Positions 57,291-64,000 of a stretch of DNA of 64,000 bases are shown one piece after another. The stretch's first letter is position 1, and every line of letters starts with the position of its first letter. Both the position numbers and the translations under genes were made by a program. Source of the stretch: Anaeroplasmataceae bacterium. GTDB taxonomy: Bacteria > Bacillota_I > Bacilli_A > Acholeplasmatales > JAEDCM01. Location: positions 5,914 through 69,913 of the forward strand of contig JAEDCM010000004.1 of the NCBI GenBank assembly GCA_016294165.1. Direction: 5' to 3'. Below the pieces are notes generated by a model, which had not been told where the DNA came from, ran no database searches, and worked only from the letters and a program-made list of their open reading frames with translations.

Positions 57291-58058
57291 TTATTCTTTA
57301 TTATCTATTTTTCTAGCAATAATCATAAACCTATGCTCAGTTGATTCAATATACCCCTTTTCATTCAACATTTTTTCTAAAACTTCAAATTTTTCAATAC
57401 TATCTTTAACACTAAAATTAATGAATTCCCACTCTATTATTTTAGCAAAATAAGCAATGGCGCCTAAGTCCATAAATTTAATTTTTGGAAAATACTCATC
57501 CTTATAAATTATTTCAAAACCTTCATTTTCCAATCTTTCAACTGTTTTATCTAGTGTCATTTTGGGAAATTGAATTTGATGATTTTCATCAAAGAATGTC
57601 GCAAGATCGTTATTATTATACGCCCCAACCTGTTGAGTAATAAATAAACCACCTTCTTTTAGTACTCGCTTAACCTCTGATTCTAGAAATGATTCATGAT
57701 GATTTAAAACAATATCATAATAATTATCTTTCACATTAATCAATATATCATCCTGTTTAATCGGATATACTTTAATTCCCATTGGAGCTAATTTTTCAAG
57801 ACAAAGTTTAATGTTTGGCTCATATGCTTCAGTGACTGATGTTTTATCATAAGGATGATTAAAACTTAACAATAATTCTCCACCACCAGTACCCATATCT
57901 AGGATATTATCACTGGCCTTTAAATACTTTTTTACAAAATAATTATAATTCCATGGTAATTCTTCATTAATCCATCTACCTTTTAAATATGAAAAATCCC
58001 ATCCTTTAAAAGCATGAGCTTCTTCATCTAATAAATATTTAATTGTTTCTTCCTTCAT
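57291..58058 (-). CDS. class I SAM-dependent methyltransferase
   Basis: Motif I ILDMGTGGGE, and post-I/II blocks (DIVLNHH, GGLFITQQ). Confidence 0.7.
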   Translation of the reverse strand: MKEETIKYLLDEEAHAFKGWDFSYLKGRWINEELPWNYNYFVKKYLKASDNILDMGTGGGELLLSFNHPYDKTSVTEAYEPNIKLCLEKLAPMGIKVYPIKQDDILINVKDNYYDIVLNHHESFLESEVKRVLKEGGLFITQQVGAYNNNDLATFFDENHQIQFPKMTLDKTVERLENEGFEIIYKDEYFPKIKFMDLGAIAYFAKIIEWEFINFSVKDSIEKFEVLEKMLNEKGYIESTEHRFMIIARKIDNKE

Positions 58059-58103
58059 ATTTTTAACCTCTATTCTTTAAAAATCACATAAACAAGCTTT
58101 ATT

Positions 58104-58631
58104 TTATAAAAATTTTTTAATAATTTCATCTTTAATCATTTGTAAAACCATTGTTTCTCGTTTGATCATTATCTCATTAAATAAGTTATTACTTTTATAA
58201 TTTAAATTCGTTTTTATTGCTTCATCGATATCAACAATCTTTAGAACAAATTTTACATTTGCTTCATATAAATCTAGATTTTGTTTAACGATTTTATCCT
58301 CAACTTCACATGTAAAATAGAAGTTTTCTTGTTCAAAAATTGTATGTGGTGTTACTAGACTCTTTTGACGACGCATTACACTTCCAAATTCAAATATTGA
58401 GTTTGGCTTAACAATCATTCCTACCTCTTCTTTAACTTCTCTAATAAGTGCCTCTTTTTTATCTTCTTTAGGATCTATACCTCCGCCAGGAAACTTGTAA
58501 TAATTTTCCTTTTCACTATAAACGAGAGCAATCTTACCATTTAAAAAAATAATTCCCCTTGCGGATGGTCTACTAAAAACCATATCACCAGTATCATAAT
58601 CCTTTAAATCAATTTCAAATAACTGTCGCAT
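58104..58631 (-). CDS. NUDIX hydrolase
   Basis: Nudix box GGGIDPKEDKKEALIREVKEEVG. Confidence 0.75.
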   Translation of the reverse strand: MRQLFEIDLKDYDTGDMVFSRPSARGIIFLNGKIALVYSEKENYYKFPGGGIDPKEDKKEALIREVKEEVGMIVKPNSIFEFGSVMRRQKSLVTPHTIFEQENFYFTCEVEDKIVKQNLDLYEANVKFVLKIVDIDEAIKTNLNYKSNNLFNEIMIKRETMVLQMIKDEIIKKFL

Positions 58632-58782
58632 TCTATCCCCCTAATGAACAAATTTATTGAAAACAAACATTACATGTATATTTTAGCATATTATTTAGTA
58701 AAATATGAACTAATTATTAATTATTTTATTACTGATTTATTCACTATAATTTATAAAAAAACGCATAAATAAGCCATTTAAT

Positions 58783-58807
58783 AAAAAATCTCACTTTAAA
58801 AGTGAGA
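58783..58807 (-). terminator. intrinsic terminator after thiC
   Basis: Minus strand: TCTCACTT-TAA-AAGTGAGA followed by TTTTTT. Confidence 0.65.
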
Positions 58808-58814
58808 ATTTTTA

Positions 58815-60122
58815 TTATTCATCAAAGATTGTAACAATCTTACCATCTAGGATTCGATTTACATTTTTAACCGCACAAAAGTTACCACACATTGAACATG
58901 TATCCTCTTTTTCAGGTTTAGCTGATTCACGATATCTTCTTGCTTTTTCAGGATCAATAGCTAGACTAAACATTCTTTCCCAATCTAAGTCGTGTCTTGC
59001 TTTACTCATTTGATTATCCCAATCAGCCGCATTAGGGATTCCCTTAGCGATATCAGCTGCATGAGCCGCAATACGACAAGCAATAATTCCTTCCTTAACA
59101 TCATCTAAATCAGGTAAGCGAAGATGCTCTGCTGGTGTAACATAGCACAAGAATGCTGCACCATTTTGAGCCGCAATTGCTCCACCAATAGCAGCTGTAA
59201 TATGGTCATAACCAGGTGCTACATCAGTAACAATTGGTCCTAATACATAGAAAGGTGCCCCATGGCATAGAGTCTTTTGAATTTCCATATTAGCCGCAAT
59301 TTGATTCATTGGCATATGACCTGGACCTTCAATCATAACTTGCACATTCTTTTCCCAAGCACGTTTTGTAAGTTCACCTAAGCAAATCAATTCTTCAATT
59401 TGTGAGGCATCAGTTCCATCTGCAATACTTCCCGGACGACATGCATCTCCTAAGCTTAGAGTAACATCATATTTTTGACAAATATCTAAGATTTCATCAA
59501 ATCTTTCATAGAATGGATTTTCATTACCTGTCATTTCCATCCATGCAAAAATAATTGATCCACCTCTACTAACAATATTAGTTAATCTTTTATTCTTTTT
59601 AAATCTTTCAATAGTATTTTTATTAATTCCACAATGAATTGTTTGAAAATCCACACCATTTTCCGCATGCATTCTAACAATATCAATCCATTCATCAGTT
59701 GTGATTTTGGCTAGTGGCTTATGATAATAAACAACTGCATCGTAAATTGGTACTGTCCCAATCATTGCACTGCATTTTTCAACAATTAATTTTCTAAATA
59801 CCTCTGTATTTCCAAATGAGCTTAAATCCATGATTGCTTCTGCACCCATATTAACAGCATTTTCAACTTTTTTAAGCTCCATATCAATATCTTTTAAATC
59901 TCTTGAAGTACCAAGATTAACATTAATTTTTGTTTTTAATTTTGCGCCTACAGCCGAAGGATTTAAAGACTTATGGTTTTTATTAGCAGGGATAATTGCT
60001 TTTCCTTCCGCCATAAGATTCATAAGCTCTTCAACCGCAATTCCTTCCTTTTTGGCAGCAATTTTCATTTCATTTGTGACAATACCCTTACGAGCAGCAT
60101 CCATTTGTGTTGTATAATTCAT
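58815..60122 (-). CDS. thiC: phosphomethylpyrimidine synthase
   Basis: 435 aa with [11 protein letters not shown]-like N-terminus ([15 protein letters not shown]), [11 protein letters not shown], and the C-terminal Fe-S motif CSMCGNFCA. Confidence 0.95.
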   Translation of the reverse strand: MNYTTQMDAARKGIVTNEMKIAAKKEGIAVEELMNLMAEGKAIIPANKNHKSLNPSAVGAKLKTKINVNLGTSRDLKDIDMELKKVENAVNMGAEAIMDLSSFGNTEVFRKLIVEKCSAMIGTVPIYDAVVYYHKPLAKITTDEWIDIVRMHAENGVDFQTIHCGINKNTIERFKKNKRLTNIVSRGGSIIFAWMEMTGNENPFYERFDEILDICQKYDVTLSLGDACRPGSIADGTDASQIEELICLGELTKRAWEKNVQVMIEGPGHMPMNQIAANMEIQKTLCHGAPFYVLGPIVTDVAPGYDHITAAIGGAIAAQNGAAFLCYVTPAEHLRLPDLDDVKEGIIACRIAAHAADIAKGIPNAADWDNQMSKARHDLDWERMFSLAIDPEKARRYRESAKPEKEDTCSMCGNFCAVKNVNRILDGKIVTIFDE

Positions 60123-60159
60123 TTAATTCCCTCATTTCTTTTATGGGGAAATTAAAGAA

Positions 60160-60678
60160 TTATTCCTCTAATTGCCCCTTAAATTCATCTAATAACTTTC
60201 TATTATCTAAAACTAATAAAATGATATAAGCAATAACACTTCCAACAACTGTTGATATTAAGAATGGAACTACATAAGCATAAAATGCAACATTTGATGC
60301 CTTTACACCCATAAATAATATCGCAATTGGATAAGCAGCTAGTCCACCTAAAATACCTGTACCAAGCATCTCCGCAACAGCTGTAAGTAGCTTATTTTTA
60401 AATAACATATAAACAATACCACTTAATAATGCTCCAATCATACTTCCAGGGAATGCTAATAGAGATCCTAGCCCAGCTAGATAACGAACAAGGCTAGTTA
60501 CAAAAGCCATTGATACTCCATAAACAGGTCCTAGTATAACAGCTGCAATTACATTAATCATATGTTGGATTGGTGCACATTTGCTTCCAAATACTGGAAA
60601 ATTCACAAGACTTCCAACAACTCCAATTGAACATAATACTGCCGCAATGCATAGCTTTTTAATATCTTTCTTTTTCAT
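60160..60678 (-). CDS. thiW: ECF transporter S component ThiW (thiazole precursor)
   Basis: 172 aa with 5-6 TM helices and the block GSKCAPIQHMINVIAAVILGPVYG, characteristic of ThiW. Confidence 0.8.
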   Translation of the reverse strand: MKKKDIKKLCIAAVLCSIGVVGSLVNFPVFGSKCAPIQHMINVIAAVILGPVYGVSMAFVTSLVRYLAGLGSLLAFPGSMIGALLSGIVYMLFKNKLLTAVAEMLGTGILGGLAAYPIAILFMGVKASNVAFYAYVVPFLISTVVGSVIAYIILLVLDNRKLLDEFKGQLEE

Positions 60679-60694
60679 TTTCTTCTCTCTTTCC

Positions 60695-60829
60695 TTTTTG
60701 CTAGTTGTATAAAGCTAGCAAAAAAATAATTTTTTTTGTTTTGTCGGTCGGTAGTTACGCTACCCTCTCACGCCACAACATGGCTTCCCTCGCTTTATAC
60801 ATACTAACTAAGGCGCTCCCCTTGCTAGC
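60695..60829 (-). other. structured leader with partial TPP-aptamer-like motifs (non-canonical)
   Basis: Minus strand: GCUAGCAA-GGGGAGCGCC-N37-GGCGUGAGA-G-GGUAG-CGUAA-CUACC-GACCGAC...UUGCUAGC...CUAGCAAAAA. See the findings section. Confidence 0.3.
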
Positions 60830-60934
60830 TATTAAATTTTATAAATAGATTTTTTGAACAAATTCCTATTCTTCGTTGGGCTACCAGTCTCTTACACGAT
60901 ATCTATAGGCCTAAATTCCGGTTGTTCAACCGTA

Positions 60935-61720
60935 TTATTTTCTATATGGTGCCATATGGTCAAGCGGACCTGAACCTTTCCCTAAATCTAGCATGCTTTT
61001 TAAGCAAGTACTTATATAGGATTTGGCATTTTTAATAGAATCTGGAATGCTATATCCTAATGCTAAATTTGAAGCAATCGCACTTGATAGGGTGCAGCCT
61101 GTACCGTGCGTATTAGGATTATCTATCCTTTCTCCATTAAACCATATAAATTCATCATTTGTTAATAGTAAATCATTACTATCATTAATTGAATGACCAC
61201 CTTTAATTAAAACCGAACCTTTAGTAATCTTTGAAATCACTTTTGCAGCTTCTTCCATATCCTCTTTAGTTTTAATTTTCATATTTGAAAGCACTTCTGC
61301 CTCTAATATATTTGGTGTAATAATTGTGGCTAAAGGAAATAATTTATTAACCAAAACATCAATTGCATTATCGTTTAATAAATGGGCTCCTGAGGTTGCC
61401 ACCATGACTGGATCTAAAACAATATTCTTGACATTATATTCTACTAATTTTTCACTAATCGTTTCAATAAGCTCTGTTTCACTAACCATCCCAATTTTTA
61501 CAGCATCTGGATAAATATCAGTAAATATTGAGTCCAACTCTTTAGCAAGAAATTCCTTTGAAACATTAAAAATTCCGGTAACACCAGTTGTATTTTGAGC
61601 AGTTAGAGCGGTTATTGCACTTGATGCATATAATTTGTGCGCTGTTATTGTTTTAATGTCAGCTTGAATACCAGCTCCTCCAGAACAATCTGATCCCGCA
61701 ATTGTTAAAACTGTTTTCAT
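60935..61720 (-). CDS. thiD: hydroxymethylpyrimidine/phosphomethylpyrimidine kinase
   Basis: LTIAGSDCSGGAGIQADIKT and GTGCTLSSAIA. ATG 61720 forms an ATGA overlap with the thiE stop. Confidence 0.9.
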   Translation of the reverse strand: MKTVLTIAGSDCSGGAGIQADIKTITAHKLYASSAITALTAQNTTGVTGIFNVSKEFLAKELDSIFTDIYPDAVKIGMVSETELIETISEKLVEYNVKNIVLDPVMVATSGAHLLNDNAIDVLVNKLFPLATIITPNILEAEVLSNMKIKTKEDMEEAAKVISKITKGSVLIKGGHSINDSNDLLLTNDEFIWFNGERIDNPNTHGTGCTLSSAIASNLALGYSIPDSIKNAKSYISTCLKSMLDLGKGSGPLDHMAPYRK

Positions 61721-62988
61721 AAATTCGCCATCCAATCTATTGATCCATAATAATTAGCTAATTGAGTTATCTCATCTTTATTACTTAGATTAGATGAATC
61801 AATAATTGCCAATACATCTAGATTTTGCTTTTTAGCTTCTTTAATAGCATATAAAGCATCCTCAATAATTAATATTCTTTTTTTTGGATACATTTCTTTA
61901 ATCTTTATAAATGCACTTCCATCATTTTTTGTGGCATTTAAGATATCTGTTGAATAAACATTTGAAAAATAGTCATAAATATTATTATATTTTAAGCTAT
62001 CTTTTAATAATGTTAAATCTGTTTGGGATAATAAAATCATTTCTTTATTCATTGATTTTATTTTTTCTAATACTTCTTTTACTTTATCCTTAATTTTGAT
62101 ACCTTTATATACCTGATGAATGTATTTTAAAATTAATTCCAAACACTCTTTTGGACTATTACCAATTTTATAGTGTTCATATACATAATTTGACGCTTCT
62201 ATACTATTCATATCTGCAACAACACTATCTAAATCATCCTCTGGTATTAGTCCATATGATTTAACAAATGAAGAGGACATATTTGACCATTCCTTCATCG
62301 AATCTAAAAGAGTACCATCATAATCAAAAACTAATAAATCGTAATTGCTTAAATCTAGGACAATTTTGTCTATTTCTAATTTTAAAATCTCCGCTGCCTT
62401 CACCATATCATCTTTACTAAAGATTTCGGATACAACGGCTATACCATTAATTCCGGTATTTTTCAACTTGGATATTGTATCAAGATGAATACCACCTATT
62501 GCGACAACAGGAATATTAACACCAAATGTTATTTCTCTTAATTGATCAATGGAAACTAATGAAGCATCATCCTTGGTATTAGTTGGAAATATTGCGCCAA
62601 CGCCAAGATAATCTGCCCCGTTAGAAACGGCAATTTGGGCTTCTTCTAAATTACGAGTACTTACTCCTAATATTTTATCAGGTCCGATTAATTTTCTAAC
62701 CTCTTTGGCATTTAAATCCGATTGTCCAACATGAATCCCATCAGCGTCTACCGCCATCATAACCTCAATACTGTCATTAATGATTAATGGAATTTTAAAT
62801 TCTTGGCAGGCTTTTTTTGCTTCAAGGGCTAGCTTGATGAACTCTTCATCAGAGATATGCTTTTCTCTTAATTGAATGATTGTTGCGCCACCTTTAATAG
62901 CATCCCTTACCATTTCATAAATGCTTCGATCCTTATGCCAGCATCTATCAGTAATAGCATATAATGAATAATCAATTTTATCTTTCAT
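61717..62988 (-). CDS. thiE: thiamine-phosphate synthase fused to a C-terminal HAD-family hydrolase domain
   Basis: Residues 1 to about 205 are ThiE (LYAITDR, IIQLREK, HVGQSD, GADYLGVGAIFPT, VVAIGGI). Residues from about 213 to 423 are HAD-like (motif I FDYDGTLLDS, then LLSQTD, then IIEDALYAIKEAK). There is no stop or frameshift between the two parts. Confidence 0.8.
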   Translation of the reverse strand: MKDKIDYSLYAITDRCWHKDRSIYEMVRDAIKGGATIIQLREKHISDEEFIKLALEAKKACQEFKIPLIINDSIEVMMAVDADGIHVGQSDLNAKEVRKLIGPDKILGVSTRNLEEAQIAVSNGADYLGVGAIFPTNTKDDASLVSIDQLREITFGVNIPVVAIGGIHLDTISKLKNTGINGIAVVSEIFSKDDMVKAAEILKLEIDKIVLDLSNYDLLVFDYDGTLLDSMKEWSNMSSSFVKSYGLIPEDDLDSVVADMNSIEASNYVYEHYKIGNSPKECLELILKYIHQVYKGIKIKDKVKEVLEKIKSMNKEMILLSQTDLTLLKDSLKYNNIYDYFSNVYSTDILNATKNDGSAFIKIKEMYPKKRILIIEDALYAIKEAKKQNLDVLAIIDSSNLSNKDEITQLANYYGSIDWMANL

Positions 62989-63784
62989 AAAGCTTTAGTC
63001 CTTTTTCTAGTTTTTCATCATCTAAGTTACTCATTGCGTCAATTAACCCGATATGAAGACTTCCTGTACCTTGAGCGTTCATCTCACTAATTTCACCAGA
63101 TAAACCAATAGCCGCAATACTCTTCGCAACTGCTTCAAGCTTATTTTCTGGGTTTGCGACTAAATATGACGCTAAAACACCAGCTGACATACATCCTGTA
63201 CCTGTGATTTTTCCCATTGCCTTAGTACCATTTAAGCAATAGTATGCATTATTTTCATCACAAATAACATCAATTGGGCCAGTAATAGCGATGATTGAAT
63301 TAGTAATTTTGCTCAACTTTTTAGTAAATTCAATTGTTTCATCTAAATTATCCATGGTTACTAAATCTAACGCACTGGCATCTACTCCTTGAGTTTTATT
63401 GCTATTGAAAATAATAGCCTTAATCTCTGAAATATTACCTTTGATAACATCAAAATGAACCTCATCTAATAGCTTTTTAGTTACCTCAGTTCGATAAGGT
63501 GTTGCACCACATCCTACTGGATCTAAAATAACTGGATGATTTAACTTGTTAGCCATTTTACCTGCTAAAATCATTGAATCAACTGTTCTAGCATTTAACG
63601 TTCCAATGTTAATTACTAATGCATTACAAATAGCTTGCATATCGCTAACCTCATTAACATCATCTGCCATAATTGGTGATGCCCCACAAGCTAAAATTAT
63701 ATTAGCTACATCATTTACTGTTACATAATTTGTAATACAGTGAACAAGCGGGCACTTTTCTCTTGTATTTTTAATTACATCCAT
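62978..63784 (-). CDS. thiM: hydroxyethylthiazole kinase
   Basis: PLVHCITNYVTVNDVANIILACGASPIMA and TGTGCMSAGVLASY. Confidence 0.9.
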   Translation of the reverse strand: MDVIKNTREKCPLVHCITNYVTVNDVANIILACGASPIMADDVNEVSDMQAICNALVINIGTLNARTVDSMILAGKMANKLNHPVILDPVGCGATPYRTEVTKKLLDEVHFDVIKGNISEIKAIIFNSNKTQGVDASALDLVTMDNLDETIEFTKKLSKITNSIIAITGPIDVICDENNAYYCLNGTKAMGKITGTGCMSAGVLASYLVANPENKLEAVAKSIAAIGLSGEISEMNAQGTGSLHIGLIDAMSNLDDEKLEKGLKLYER

Positions 63785-63805
63785 AAAATTTTCTCCTTAA
63801 CTAAA

Positions 63806-63962
63806 ATAAAAAATGTCCCCTAGGACATGCAGTAAAAAGAATATATATGAAGTAAAAATAGATATATACTTCTCACATTATTCCCTACGCTAGCATTACC
63901 TAGATCAGGTCATGGGTCGATAACTAAATATCCTCTCAGCCATTTGGCTCCCCTCAATATGA
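63806..63962 (-). promoter_or_regulatory. TPP (THI-box) riboswitch with terminator, leader of thiM-thiE-thiD(-thiW-thiC)
   Basis: Minus strand: GGGGAGC-CAAAUGG-CUGAGA...ACCC-AUGA-CCUGAUC-UA-GGUAAUGC-UA-GCGUAGGGA (63953 down to 63882). This is followed by the terminator AUGUCC-UAGG-GGACAU plus UUUUUU (63828..63806), then the AAGGAGA RBS. Confidence 0.85.
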
Positions 63963-64000
63963 CAACATTATTATATATCTAATTTTTCAAAGTTTCAACA

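Noticed and set aside
60740-60830. Strings in the thiW leader such as GAGGGAAGCC...GGCGUGAGA resemble cobalamin-riboswitch core motifs.
   Set aside because: There is no B12 box (AGYCMGGAGACCKGCC-like) and no GCCACUG core. The gene context (thiW-thiC) argues for thiamine-related control, not cobalamin.

Overview
This is an AT-rich chromosomal segment (about 30% GC by eye, not computed) from a low-GC, spore-forming Firmicute (Bacillota). Supporting signs are a T-box leader, an ECF-type ThiW, a GerA-type germinant-receptor operon, and TGA used as a stop codon (standard code). Gene orientation is strongly biased: 57 of the 62 protein genes I call lie on the minus strand, presumably the leading strand.

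Most of the content is housekeeping:
- a recX / S41 protease / yitT / prfB / secA / hpf block
- gpmI and eno
- thrS behind a T-box
- a split B12-dependent methionine synthase operon with luxS
- ppa, an M3 oligoendopeptidase, and xth
- mntP behind a yybP-ykoY (Mn) riboswitch
- cls
- a thiM-thiE(HAD fusion)-thiD-thiW-thiC operon behind a canonical TPP riboswitch

Parts that look accessory:
- an operon beside a lone tRNA-Lys(CUU) encoding a 701-aa helical-repeat protein plus an amidase lipoprotein
- GH43 and SDR genes
- an orphan BrxF-like mini P-loop protein
- about 8 Big_2 domains inserted into a VanZ-like membrane protein
- GGDEF and HD-GYP enzymes
- an OmpR-type regulator with an intramembrane-sensing kinase

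I saw no transposase, integrase, phage gene, CRISPR array or rRNA.

Best leads:
1. A non-canonical leader in the 256-nt thiD-thiW gap that resembles only half of a TPP riboswitch.
2. A 23-45 nt promoter block (CTTACAA-N4-CTTACAA) shared by the two-component operon and a downstream operon of paralogous small membrane proteins plus cardiolipin synthase. This suggests an undescribed envelope-stress regulon.

All functional calls come from recognising motifs by eye in the supplied translations. No database search or RNA folding was run. Coordinates of non-ORF features may be off by 1-2 nt.
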